Below are positions 12,901 through 24,290 of a stretch of 64,000 nucleotides of DNA, in pieces. The DNA comes from Paraspadella gotoi (taxonomy: Eukaryota; Animalia; Chaetognatha). The notes beneath the pieces were generated by a model. It was given only the letters and a program-made list of their open reading frames with translations. It was not told the DNA's origin and ran no database searches. The DNA lies in the NCBI GenBank assembly GCA_051294375.1, contig CM119268.1, positions 8,914,806 through 8,978,805 on the forward strand, read 5' to 3'. The translations under genes and the position numbers were made by a program. Position 1 is the stretch's first letter. Each line of letters starts with the position of its first letter.

Positions 12901-13032
12901 CCTCGGGGGTGTTTTGCATGAAGAGAGGAAACGTGCAGGCGTCTTTCTCCTCGTCGTCGTCGCCGCTGTCTCCGCCGCCGCCGCCGCCGCCTCCGTCTCC
13001 CGTTCCGTCGCCGACGCCGACATCTTGCGACG
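306..13032 (-). CDS. Multi-exon gene (partial model) for a cysteine-rich repeat protein, probably extracellular; uncharacterised invertebrate family
   Basis: Exons bounded by pyrimidine-rich AG acceptors and GT donors join in matching phase in two blocks: 13032-12902, 12137-12024, 11612-11522, 10779-10688, 10118-10025, 9896-9784; and 1283-1201, 1108-1016, 457-306. The intervening exons (3428-3320, 3159-3048, 2470-~2250, 2048-1935, 1639-1458) are partly noisy or duplicated. The translation shows a recurring Cys/aromatic module. At least one exon is missing between 9784 and 3428. Confidence 0.8.
1016..1108 (-). CDS. Exon: YVVRWTAKNGCRSRFICFEAYGASKSRMFY(R)
   Basis: ctttctttccag acceptor, AG|gtctct donor, 93 nt, phase 2/2 matching both neighbours. 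Confidence 0.8.
1201..1283 (-). CDS. Exon: ATGDYFMCFKDKTSDTPASKKIHHKSE(R)
   Basis: cgacag acceptor, CG|gtgaga donor, 83 nt. Confidence 0.8.
1935..2048 (-). CDS. Probable exon (noisy): LDSAELHCFARVPPSVRPSV...
   Basis: ctctcgtag acceptor, |gtgagt donor, GC-rich against AT-rich flanks; frame uncertain. Confidence 0.5.
3048..3159 (-). CDS. Exon fragment between two gaps: SECNFDSTLVGDWAMRNSSGKIASGVTITMQDITIAV
   Basis: Fully open frame with the C-x-F...G-x-W motif; clean version of the frameshifted exon at 1458-1639. Confidence 0.7.
3320..3428 (-). CDS. Exon: (x)FHCIGWFIEGNYLYSILIMNVEASELMNFDYNIHIL
   Basis: gaccag acceptor, TTG|gtgaat donor, 109 nt open frame; frameshifted duplicate at about 2650-2766. 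Confidence 0.7.
3800..7850 (+). repeat. Left arm of large inverted duplication; carries plus-strand copies of three exons (about 6120-6253, 7055-7169, 7583-7698)
   Basis: Reverse complement of about 11370-15100, e.g. 7081 atcccttgggagaaatcgcgccttcgagg vs 12083 cctcgaaggcgcgatctcccaaggggat; similarity decays toward 3800. Confidence 0.9.
6690..7045 (+). repeat. Intronic minisatellite, ~41-bp unit (cccatccgattcgtctttcccatctccccagttcctcattt), ~8 copies
   Basis: Repeated atccgattcgtcttt core; mirrored at 12150-12490. Confidence 0.9.
8498..8578 (-). mobile_element. tRNA-derived SINE-like head
   Basis: Minus strand tatggtcgccgcacgtagcgtgagct...cccaaaggacgccgggttcgcgccctg has A/B-box-like motifs; aligns by eye with 10190-10260. 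Confidence 0.5.
9784..9896 (-). CDS. Exon: LDRVAAGHPPVMDFDKSLCPNHYKGGYNFVAYDGANDQ
   Basis: ttctcaatcag acceptor, CAG|gtgttg donor, 113 nt, phase-consistent. Confidence 0.8.
10025..10118 (-). CDS. Exon: IALMYISPKTLSENTRNCEDDMMELDPWPII
   Basis: ttttgtcacag acceptor, C|gtaaaa donor, 94 nt, phase-consistent. Confidence 0.85.
10190..10335 (+). mobile_element. tRNA-derived SINE-like element
   Basis: tatggcgacggagg (A-box-like), gtgttcgcgccc (B-box-like), then gggacgggccgtctaacc...ccgaag, similar to the 57.2/57.8 kb copies. Confidence 0.5.
10688..10779 (-). CDS. Exon: EVKTGRFMIKEEVAGKATVYACIEFKWKADR
   Basis: ttttctccag acceptor, AGG|gtaagt donor, 92 nt, phase-consistent. Confidence 0.85.
11522..11612 (-). 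CDS. Exon: GGKIFSTPKG...PMNRTCIK (middle probably error-affected)
   Basis: ttttgttacag acceptor, AAAG|gtaaat donor, 91 nt; phases match both neighbours. The inverted copy near 7583-7698 has an extra G-rich segment. Confidence 0.7.
12024..12137 (-). CDS. Exon: SQWATNFSSIPLGDRAFEETENQEQTHSATDYIHLRFK
   Basis: ttttcccag acceptor, AAG|gtgtga donor, 114 nt open frame. Confidence 0.75.
12150..12490 (-). repeat. Mirror copy of the ~41-bp minisatellite
   Basis: Repeated ggaaagacgaatcggatg. Confidence 0.9.
12902..13032 (-). CDS. Exon: (x)SQDVGVGDGTGDGGGGGGGGDSGDDDEEKDACTFPLFMQNTPE
   Basis: Acceptor gacgaaag, donor GAG|gttttt; 131 nt, phase 1 in / phase 0 out, in frame with the next exon. Confidence 0.75.
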
Positions 13033-13558
13033 CTTTCGTCAGCATCGAACAAAAAAAGAAACAAAGTAGCAGCGATTCCAAAATTTTAATCGATGGGTGG
13101 AGCGACATCTTTTTGCGGTTGCGTGTGGGTTTTTTAGGTTTAATTAGTATTTAGTATAGAGTAGTACTGAGAATAAATAACTCCGGGATTTGTTATTTTA
13201 TCTAATGCGTCGCTTTACAAGAGGAAATATTTTTTTCCTTAAAAATTATTAAATTTTTAACGTTTATTCATGAGTTTACAGTTTACGTAGTATCAATTAT
13301 AAAAACTAAAATTCATGACGTTTAATGGTATTTTTTTTATCGCAATTTATCATCATCCACTCGTTCTATCGCGGGTTGACGCGGAGTTGCTATGGTCACA
13401 ATAAAAAACAGCGAAAGACATCGAAATCTCGGAAACAAAAGTTTTTATCGTTTCACGTTGTTGAGCCCAATCGCGTAACATCAGCGGTTGCGTCGAAATT
13501 GGACCATTTGATTTTAGTTTTAAATTGAGTTCGAATGACTGCGAAAAATGAAAAATGA

Positions 13559-13593
<35 letters not shown>

Positions 13594-15166
13594 TCAGAGA
13601 GAGAGAAGAGTGGCTGTGTACGATCTCCGTTAAAACTTTCATTGTGTGAACAATTAAAGGATTTGGATAACACGCGGCGCGGATTAAAAAAGGTCGTATA
13701 CAGTTGAGGCTATGAAATCGCGGCATCCTTTGTAATTTTATGGATTTTCTGATTCTCTCTCTCTTAATCTTCTTNNNNNNNNNNNNNNNNNNNNNNNNNN
13801 NNNNNNNNNNNNNNNNNNNNNNNNNNNNNNNNNNNNNNNNNNNNNNNNNNNNNNNNNNNNNNNNNNNNNNNNNNNNNNNNNNNNNNNNNNNNNNNNNNNN
13901 NNNNNNNNNNNNNNNNNNNNNNNNNNNNNNNNNNNNNNNNNTTTTTCTCATCATCATTGGCATCTTTCTTTCTTTTCGTTCTTTCTTTTTTTCTTGGCTT
14001 TTCCTCTTTGCCCCTTCGTCTACTTTTCTCCAAGCTTTACCTTTCTTTTTTATTTCTTCACCTAACCAGGATTCTCTCTTTACTTTCTTCTCTATTTTCT
14101 GCCCANNNNNNNNNNNNNNNNNNNNNNNNNNNNNNNNNNNNNNNNNNNNNNNNNNNNNNNNNNNNNNNNNNNNNNNNNNNNNNNNNNNNNNNNNNNNNNN
14201 NNNNNNNNNNNNNNNNNNNNNNNNNNNNNNNNNNNNNNNNNNNNNNNNNNNNNNNNNNNNNNNNNNNNNNNNNNNNNNNNNNNNNNNNNNNNNNNNNNNN
14301 NNNNNNNNNNNNNNNNNNNNNNNNNNNNNNNNNCCTCTTCCCTCTACCCTCTCCCCATTAACCCCCCTCTTCCAGTAGACACGACAGAACAAGCATGGCG
14401 CCGTTAAACTTTCACAGTTTTTCGAATACGCGATTCGTCATTCTTCGACGACATATTTATGGAACCATTAGGCGGAGAGTGGTCTCGCCGAGCAGCGTTG
14501 GTCGCCTTTCTTTGCGGCCAACTTTAAACGAAACATTTTTTTCCCTTTCTTTTGGTTTGTTATTTGGTATTTCAGTCGGAATGTCCGTCTGAAGTTTAAA
14601 AATTTATTTAAACATAATAAAGTATCTCGTATCGACATTACAATTGAACAATGAACATACCGAGTTATATTGATCTTTTAAACTTCGAAATAGGATCGGT
14701 CCTATTTTCTTTCTGCGAAACAAATGAGGCATGAGTGACTTTATCACGTTTTCTCGGTGACCTCTTCGCATTTCCCTTGCGTGACTTCTCTCGTGACGTT
14801 TCACGCCTCCGTCAAATTCGGACGCCGCGCGAGGGAAATATGTCTCTCACGAAGATAATGTATGGCTCAGTTCGAATTCCTGGTGAAGGCAAAGTTGGCG
14901 ATCATGGCAGAATTCAGTTTTCACAGAGAAGGGATTTGTGATTTCGGATTTGGGCGGATTTAGGATTTGAGATCAAAATTTGGATGGAGGGATTTCGTAA
15001 ATTTATGGGATCTTTCGAAGGGAAGTGTGACTACTAAGCTTCTTTCCATTTGAGGAAAATAAAGTAAATAGCAACTGGGCAGTGTCACATTTTTAAACAC
15101 ACACACACTCTCTCTCTCTCTTCTCTCTCTCTGCTTTCTCTCTCTCACTCTCTCACTCTCTCGTCT

Positions 15167-15203
<37 letters not shown>

Positions 15204-15332
15204 TTCTCTTCTCTTTGTCCTCTCCCGACCTCGCTTGTCCCCCTTGTCTCTCCTGCAAACGACGACGAAATGAGAAAAGGAGACGCAAAAAAGGGTCAAA
15301 CCACAAATTGCAATTTTCACGGCCTCCACAAC

Positions 15333-15415
15333 CTGACGAGTCCTGACCCGACGATGACGACGACGTCGAAGACGACGACAACAACAACGTCTTGGAGAAG
15401 AAGGTCGTTTGAGGA
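15333..15415 (-). CDS. Possible upstream exon (PQTTFFSKTLLLSSSSTSSSSSGQDSS)
   Basis: cttctcacag acceptor and TCAG|gttgtg donor give a phase-1 end matching exon 13032, but the sequence is low complexity. Confidence 0.3.
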
Positions 15416-16470
15416 CTGTGAGAAGTGTGAGAGTGTGAGAGAAAGGAGGAGGAAAACAATTGCGAAGATGACGAGAAAGCTCCCACTCCGCCCGCCCGCC
15501 CCACATTTTCCGAACGTAAAAGCGTTACATGGAACAGTACCAACCTAAATGAAATACCAAGCAAGCTAGCAAGTCGTTTGAAAGCAGGGTCCAGCATTGC
15601 TATATCACATCACACTTTAATAGTTAATAGTTAAAGTCCAAGCATATTCAGTATGTTCCAATTCAAGCTGCCACGGCTCGGAAACGCATTTCTGATTTAA
15701 ACGCCCCTCGAAAATTTTTTGCAACGCAATGCCAACCGATATTTGTTAGCGGAGGTTGGCTCTAATACCTTTTTCGGAATAGAAGGTAGGCGTGGTCGCA
15801 ACCCAAGCCCCATTTTTCCCGTTTTTTTTTCTGAACTTGGCATTTTTTCTGTTTGTCTGATCTAAATAAAAAAAAAATTCCTCTCTCTCTCTCTCTCTCA
15901 TTCCCTATTTACGATCCCCTTTTTTGGTCTCCGCAATTCCGGTGGAAAAAAAAAATAGGAGCACTCGTTCATTGTCTAAAATCTATTGTTTATTGTCCGT
16001 CCTATGTCCCTTCATTGTCTCACGTAAATTGTTCATTTCCAAGATCTCACTCTCTCGTTTCATTCTCCCTCTTTCCCCGGCCAGCCTCTCCGCCCCATCA
16101 ACTCCGCTGCCCTAAGGAATATAAACCCTTCCACTTCTAAACTCTTTTCCCCTCGACATTTTCGGGGTCACAAAATTATTCCCTTTCTACGCGGAGTTTT
16201 TTTTTTTTCCTCCGCTTTTTTTCCCACGTCATTACACAAAGCGCTTCTTCCTCTAATCCTCCGACTATCCAACGCCAACGTGCGATTCTACCCCCGCCTG
16301 ACATTGAACCCCCGAATCCGAGTGAATCTTGTCCAGAGTCACTCGGAACCACCCTGCCCAACACCCCGCCAACTTGGAACCCCGAACACTTTCCACCTTC
16401 ACTGATAACCAACCGTAGCGACCAACGCGCGACCGCGACTCCTGAGCGCGCGCTAAATCTCGTCCCGCGC

Positions 16471-16521
<51 letters not shown>

Positions 16522-17265
16522 ATGCGCGCGCTCGCGTTCCCTTCTCCGCATCTCCTTTTTTTCCCTTCTTTTTCTTCTTTTTTTTTCTCTCTCTCTCGCG
16601 TTTTTCGACTTTTTTTTTTCTTTCTCGTTTCATTTTTTCCCCATTTTTTCTCCATTTTCCATATTTTTTCCTCTTATCTCTCGTCGCGGGACTTCATTTG
16701 CATGACGCAAGAGACACCACGGAATCGTTTTCGTCCTCGTCGAGTTTATTATTATTAATATCACTTTTTTTTTATTCGTATAACTTTTTTTTTCACGCGG
16801 TTCAACTTTTGTAGTTTGAAACGACTGTTTCATTTCTTTACAATGTCATGTACACTTAAACCGATATTTTTTTCGACTTAGGTCAAATAATAATGTAGAG
16901 TCAACTATTGACAAAATACACACTTGTGGAGAACCATTTACGGTTAATCTTTTTAAAAATTGAACAATTTTTAAGTGATGTTTCGCCTATTATAAGGCTA
17001 AACAGGATTTTTCATAACTTCGTTTTTACCTCTAAAGCGAAGCGACTCTCTTCCATTCATAGGTTTTTCATTATGATTTTCATTACCGTCATAGACGAGA
17101 AAGTAACGAGTGGCTGTTATCCTAGATTGCCTTCTGGCGTCCTCTCTCGCCACGCGCGTCCCCTAACGAGAAATGAAGTTTATTAGAGAACCAATATGCG
17201 GAAAATTAGAAGGCGTACGACGGCCTGTCTGGTCTTTCTTTTATTCTTGCTTCCTCTCTCTCTCC

Positions 17266-17297
<32 letters not shown>

Positions 17298-17660
17298 TTC
17301 TCTTCTTCACTCTCCCTTTCCTCCTCCCTCTACATTGATAGAAGTATTCTTCTTCCTTTGATGTTCTTCTGTTCTTTTGTAAATTATTCATCAGTTGTTG
17401 AATAAGCGTTCAATTACCTTTGAGAAACGAAAAGGAAAAAAAGAAGAGAAGAAAATGAATAGAAAAAAGAAGAAAAAATCTCGAATGTCTTAAACTTTTT
17501 TTTCTTTCTCTGATTAAATATCTTTTTTTATATAAGTAGTAAAAATCTCGAGTATTTTTCCCGCAAGGCTTCATCCTTTATTGAATGGAGAAAGAGTCGA
17601 GAGAGAGCGAGAGATTAAGGAATGAAGGAAATTAAAAGAAATAGAGAGAGATAGAGAGAT

Positions 17661-17695
<35 letters not shown>

Positions 17696-17791
17696 CGGAT
17701 AGAGACGCTTTTTAACTTACCCTACCGCGTTTCGCTTCGTCTCATCGTCATCGTCGTCTTCACTTTTCCTCCTTTTACACTCTCTCTCTCT

Positions 17792-17873
<82 letters not shown>

Positions 17874-18082
17874 TCTCATCTCATTCTCTCTCGCTACCAT
17901 ATAACTTTCTCTCTAAAGTGAAACTCACACTCACTCGAATTCCACACCTGGATTAATTTTCGCGATTTCTTTCCATTATTATCTCTTCTTCTTCGTTTTT
18001 TTCTCCGTCGAAGATCGAGATCGTTTTCGTCGAATGTCGAACGTCCGTTTCGCCAGGAAAGGGAGAAAGAAAGCGAGAAAGC

Positions 18083-18184
<102 letters not shown>

Positions 18185-18467
18185 AAAGAAATAATGAAAT
18201 AAAAAATAAAACGCTATAAGCATACATACATACATAACCTAAAAAAATAAAGAAAAGTAATGAAAATAAAAGAAAAAAAATCCTCTTCAAAAAACGCGAA
18301 CCATAATTGAAGGAAATGGGGACGAGTTGAACAAGAAAGAATCTCTTAGTCTTTTGTTCCACAATAACCTCTTTTTCGCTTTTTCTATCTTACTTCGGCA
18401 TAACCAATATAACAATTATCAATTCACTCAATAAACAAGCTATCGTGCCTCCTCACTTTGTACTTGC

Positions 18468-18469
<2 letters not shown>

Positions 18470-18565
<96 letters not shown>
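18470..18565 (+). repeat. (AAT)n microsatellite
   Basis: Direct reading, ~32 units. Confidence 0.97.
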
Positions 18566-18566
<1 letters not shown>

Positions 18567-19749
18567 CTAGCAGGACTCTGCAAGCTTTCAATCGCCACTC
18601 TCTCCATTAGTGTTTGGCTGTTTTAGTTTAGTAATTAAAAATAATAAATCTCATTAGATAAACTGTTCGACGGACCGACCGACCAAAAAATCCTCTCATC
18701 GAGACGCGGCGACGCAGCGAATTTAAAAAAAAAAATGCATTAAAAACTCCCGACGCCGAAGATGAAGTTGGAAATTACGAGGAGTGGGAAGGATTGTGAT
18801 GGGATCCCATGATGTATTCACCGTTTCCCATCCGGACCCCAGAACATCTCACTAATGGCAATCACATTCCCTTTTCCCGATATCGACGCTGGCGCCGCCC
18901 ACTTGGCTTGGGGGGTGGGATGGGTTGGAGACGGATAGGAGGGAGTAAGGGGGGTAAGTTTTTGCCTTACCCAGAGACGCCGAGTTCTGCGGCAGCGTCG
19001 GCGTTATCGTTTGAGTCGGCATCGTCTTTATCGTCATCGTCATCGTCGTCGGCGCGTCGTCAACATCGTCGTCGGTCGTCGTTCTTTCTTCGTCGTCGTC
19101 GTCTTCGTTCGTCCGTCGTTCTTCTTCGTCGTGTCTTCTTCGTCGATCGTCTTCTTCCGTTCATCGTCCCCCACTCAAAAAAAAAGTCTGGGTTTTGAAA
19201 TTTCTAAAGCAAACCGTAAGCCCGATGGAGTGAAAGTTTGGAGAGAGCGAACGCAGGCGGGGGATCGGGCAGTTGCACACCACACTCCGTTATCGTGTGG
19301 TAGGGAAGGGAAATATTTATTTGGGAGTTAAGAGTGCGATGTTTATTGAAGGGTTCGAGAAGATCCAGGTTTATCGTGGGGTTTGGGTCCAAAATGTTCA
19401 TCGTGGGGTTTCGAGTGCCGTGTTTATCGCGGGGTTAAAAGTGCAACGCAAATTCCAGGGTTGGAAGTGAAATGTTTATTTCGCTGGGATCCGGAGTTCT
19501 TCCCTGTGACGAGGGGTGAAAATTGACAGAGGCATATCTCAAGGCGATTTCAGAATCACAGTTATCCGTGTTTTTTTCTTTCGAATTTTTAAAAATTTTA
19601 CAATTCCTCTTTCCTTTTTTTTGAAATTGAACTGCTCTGTAACAAATTCAAATAAAAGTTTCATTGATGGCGAAAAACAACGAAAAACAACGCCACTCAC
19701 GTTTCCTGATCCAAAATGCGGCGTCTCGTTGCAGACCGTCTGTCCCACT

Positions 19750-19785
19750 CGGCGTCGTCGGCGTCACCGGCGTCATCGGCGTCAC

Positions 19786-19817
<32 letters not shown>

Positions 19818-19822
19818 TCGCG
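19750..19822 (+). repeat. 9-bp GC-rich tandem repeat (cggcgtcgt), possibly within a minus-strand exon
   Basis: ~8 units; minus strand can read DADDADDAGD... and is followed by an AC|gtgagt donor near 19700. Confidence 0.8.
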
Positions 19823-21815
19823 CCGCGAATCATTTCGCACGAACTATTCGTCGACGCGAGTTTTTGTTCTCTCCAGATAATTTATCNNNNNNNNNNNNNN
19901 NNNNNNNNNNNNNNNNNNNNNNNNNNNNNNNNNNNNNNNNNNNNNNNNNNNNNNNNNNNNNNNNNNNNNNNNNNNNNNNNNNNNNNNNNNNNNNNNNNNN
20001 NNNNNNNNNNNNNNNNNNNNNNNNNNNNNNNNNNNNNNNNNNNNNNNNNNNNNNNNNNCGTTTCTTTCTCGCCACATCGATTTCCATGCAGTATTTTTGA
20101 TGCCGCACTTTCCATTTGGTTCATGACCATTTTTCACGAGACGCTGTGGTGAAAGGCGAAAAGCGAATCGGCTGGAGAAACCGAGTTGGATTTTTTTTTT
20201 ATTCTTTGATCTACCGAGTCGTTCATGCCGATCGTTTCCATGTTTTAGTGCTTACGGTAAAAAGACTCGTCGCCAACTTGTCTTACAGGACTGCTACTAA
20301 ACAAGGAACAGTCTACCGAGCAACAAACGAGCAGCAACTGTTTATTCCAAAGTTCAGTGCACAATTCACTTAACAAATTTATACACGACTTTTAATTTAC
20401 TTTCACGCATTTTCAATTTCTCGTCCAGGCAAACTCGCATAGATTAATGATAATAAAATCGTATAAATCTAAGTACACAAATAATGATTAGGATTATTAT
20501 CTTAGTTGTCTCATCTCCACCCATCGTTTCTAAGGCGCCAAACAAAAAAAAAGACCGGGGTCACCCTTTTGCTTCGTCAACTGGCGCCTAATGATGAAAC
20601 AACCGAGTTGGACAAAAGTTTTGAGCCAGTTTTGAGTGGCCCGACTCAGTAACTGCCCCGTTGCGCACCCAAGGATCCCAGTCGCCCGAAAAGTCGTTCG
20701 ACCACGAAAATTCCAGGGTCACTTGACGCTCTGCTCTCCCAAGATCGCCCAGCGCGTGGGGGATGTGCGATTGAGAGGGCGATTCCACGCCCACTCCGAG
20801 TTTGGAGTTTGTGGGGACGAAAATTTTACCGAAAACATCGGAGCCTCACTCTTCAGTCACACTTCTCTGTGTCACTCAAAGCGAAATTCCTGTACATTTC
20901 GACCCAGTCTCCCAGGAGATCACAGACCTCGAAGAGCCTCACTTCCTTTGAAAACCGTCAATCCCCTCACGGTCTCGCTGGTTAAAGTGTGATGGTGTCG
21001 GCATTAACACGCCAGTGACATGGGGAGGTCACTGCAGGTCCAAAGCCCTGAGCACCGGCTGTCGGGAGATGCCTCACACCCCGGGCATTACACATGTCCC
21101 CCCGTTGCCCTAAAGAACTATTTCTACTCCATCCCAGTAAAAATCTTTAGCTCTTGTCCTCCCAACGAACCAGCGAACCATCACAACTCTGTGAATTCAC
21201 AAACCCACGAACTCACGTATCAGCGAGTTTCTCTCCCGCCCAAGGATCACGTCACAAGCGCTCAAAACCCCCCCGGCGTTGCGCAGACTCGGGTCGCGCC
21301 CTTTTCCTCCCTCTCTCCTTTACTCCCTCTCGTCTCGTTCCCGCCCACGTCATTTTTTGGGGGTTGCGGGGGAGAGAGAGATGAAGAGAAAGAGGAAAAG
21401 AAAGGAAAGATGAGACTGAGAAAAGGGAAAATAAAAAAAAGGGAGATAATTTGATCGGAAAGAGAAAAAGGGATGACAGAAGAATCGGGTAAACGAAATG
21501 GTCGATAAGGAAAAGAATCACGCCAAAGAGGAGAGCGAAGTAAAAAAAAGCTGCTTATCTAGACTTGTCTTTTTCCTAGGTTCAGTTCGATTGTGGGTCT
21601 TTCTATCTTTTGTTCTGTCGTAAGCAAAACATATGGCAAGTAGTTGGCCGCTTTGAGTAGAGCGAGAGCTATAGCAAGTATAGGAGAGGATACGATGTCA
21701 AAATGATTATGATTAGTATGATTATTACAGTATGATGCTATAACGTTTGTCACCTTTGATGCCATGCGTATAAACCTGACTTGACGTTACTGGAAACTGG
21801 TCCCAAGAATTTCTT

Positions 21816-21880
<65 letters not shown>

Positions 21881-21993
21881 GTCCCTCTCAAAAAACCAGT
21901 CTCGTCGCCGGCCCGGGTTAAATCGGAGGCCCAAGCCGGCAAAGCATTAACTCGGGGACTCGAAGACGATTCGGAAGCCCAACTGCAGACGGA

Positions 21994-22051
<58 letters not shown>

Positions 22052-23089
22052 AGAGAGAGAGGAGAAAGAGAAGAGAGAGAGAGAAGGAGAGAGAGAAGAG
22101 AATTTGAACTTTTTCCGCAGGCCCAGTCGTCGAGTGGGCCGCGTGGATGGTGGGAGAAGGAAAGGGAGATGCCTTCCAAGGGAGTCCGTGGGGTCCAAAG
22201 CGGGCGTGACTTCAAATGAGGGCGTGGCCGATTCTGTTCGAATCTAAAGGAATGAAGTGATTCGAACTTTGAGTGTTAGATTTAATTGGTTGATTGAATG
22301 GTGTTCAGGTGGTCACAAAAGGATGTCATTGATGGTCATTGATTGGTCATTGATTGGTCATTGCGATGGTTGAATTGGACGACGCATTGAGTGTTGGCAC
22401 TCAATGGCACTGCAAATCATTGCGAGCCTTCAATTTAGATATTGTTTAAAAAATAGAGAATTTTCGTAAAAAGATATTTGATGATTAAATTTAATTGATC
22501 TGGAGATAAAAGAAACGGGAAATATAGCACTAAAGATTAAAATGGAAAATTTAAAATGGAATTCCTTTCCTATAAAACGTCTTCAACTTTTTAAGTTAAA
22601 ATATTTTTTTAAAAATCTGATGATTCAAAAGTAAAAAAATCCAAGATCCATTTGGCCAGGCCCGCGGGGGCGAGAGCCTGGAAATCGTTAAAAGCTACAA
22701 GTTTTAAGTTTTTTTATTATTATCGATTAAAAAAAAACTTGAAGGCGAATAATTAATAAAATATGTTTTAAAATCTGTCCTTTCACATTTGTAAATATTC
22801 TTAAAAATATCCTGAAAATTGTATACCAAAAAAAAAATGACTTGTCAACATAGAATCGAAGAAAAAAAAAAATCCCCGATATCACATTAGCGAATGAAAA
22901 GTCCATTCACGAGCGTCTTCGTGAAAACGAAACGAATCTCACAGTAGCGCAAATGGACCCCCCTCTTCGCAACAACAACGACAACAACTAGATTCGACGA
23001 CCCCCGGACTTCTCCATGCAAATCGCGTCTTTAGATCCGCGCTCCAAATCTCGGCAAAGAGTTTTCCTTTCTTCGCCGTGAACGGAAGT

Positions 23090-24290
23090 TCGTGTGGGGG
23101 AGGGAGAGGAGGCGAAGGGGGAAGAAGAAGGTGGGGTTCGAGGAGTAAAGTAAGGGGGAGAGGAGTAAGGGGGAAGAGGAGGGGAAGAGGGGGAAGAGGA
23201 AGGTGGGGTCGAAGAGTAAGGAGGAGAGGAGTAAGGGGGAGAGGAGAAAAAAGGAGAGGAGTAAAGGGGGAGAGGAGTAAAAAAGGAGAGGAGTAAGGGG
23301 GAGAGGAGGGGAGAGGGGGAAGAGAGCTGGGGTTCGAGGAGTAAGAGGGGAGAGGAGTATGAGGGGGAGAAGGAGTAAAAGGAGAGGAGTAAAGGGGGAA
23401 AGGAGGGGAGAGGGGGAAGAGAAGTTGAGGTTCGAGGAGTAAGGGGGGAGAGGAGAATGGGGGGAAGAGGAGTAAAAAAGGAGAGGAGTAAGGGGGAGAG
23501 GAGGGGAGAGGGAAGAGAAGGTGGGTTGCGAGGAGTAAGGAGGGGAAGGAGTATGGGGGAGAGGAGTAAAAAGGGAGAGGAAGTAAGGGGGGAGAGTGAG
23601 GGGAGAGGGAGAAGAGAAGCTGAGGGTTTCGAGGATAGGAGGGGAGAAGGAGTAGGGGGAGAGGAGTAAAAAAGGAGAGGAGTAAAGGGAAGAGGAGGGA
23701 AGAAGGGGGAAGAGAAAAGTTTGAGGTTCGAGGAGTAAGGGGGGAGAAAGGAGAATGGGGGGAGAAGGAGTAAAAAAAGGAAAGGAGTAAGGGGGGAGGA
23801 GGGGAGAGGGGGAGAGAAGGTGGGTTCGAGAGTAAGGAGGGGAGAGGAGTATGGGGGAGAGGAGATAAAAAGGGAGACGGAAGTAAAAGGGGGGAGCAAG
23901 GGGAGGAAGAGGGAAGAGAAGGGGGTTCGAGAAGTTAGGAGGGGAGAGGGAGGGTGGAAGTTGGGGGGAGAGGAGTATAAAAAAGGAAGAGGAGTAGGGG
24001 GAGAGGAGTAAAAGGAGAGATGGGGGAGGAGGGAGAGGAGGAAGAGAGTGGGGTTCGGAGGAGGTAAGGGGGGAGAGGAGTATGGGGGAGAGAGAAAAAA
24101 GGAGAGGAGTAGGGGAGAGGAGTAAAAAAGGAGAGAGTAAGTGGGGAGAGGAGGGAGAGGGGGAAGAGAAGGTGGGGTTTTAGGAGTAAAGGAGGGGAGA
24201 GGAGTATGGGGAGAGGATGTAAAAAAGGAGTAAGGGGAGAAGAGGAAAGGGGGGGGAAAATAGGGCTGGGGTTTGAGGCGTAAGGGGGAG
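23090..24290 (+). repeat. Purine-rich compound minisatellite, ~100-bp higher-order unit, ~12 copies
   Basis: Recurring ggggttcgaggagtaagg marker with ggagaggagta sub-repeats; almost no C on the plus strand. Confidence 0.9.

Larger units (their letters stand above)
11370..15100 (-). repeat. Right arm of large inverted duplication (orientation concordant with the gene)
   Basis: See left arm; its N gaps at 13775-13941 and 14106-14333 are spanned by sequence in the left arm. Confidence 0.9.

Noticed and set aside
13520-14392. Long ORFs containing X runs (also near 19.5-20.1, 42.4-44.6 kb)
   Set aside because: Open only because N gaps contain no stop codons
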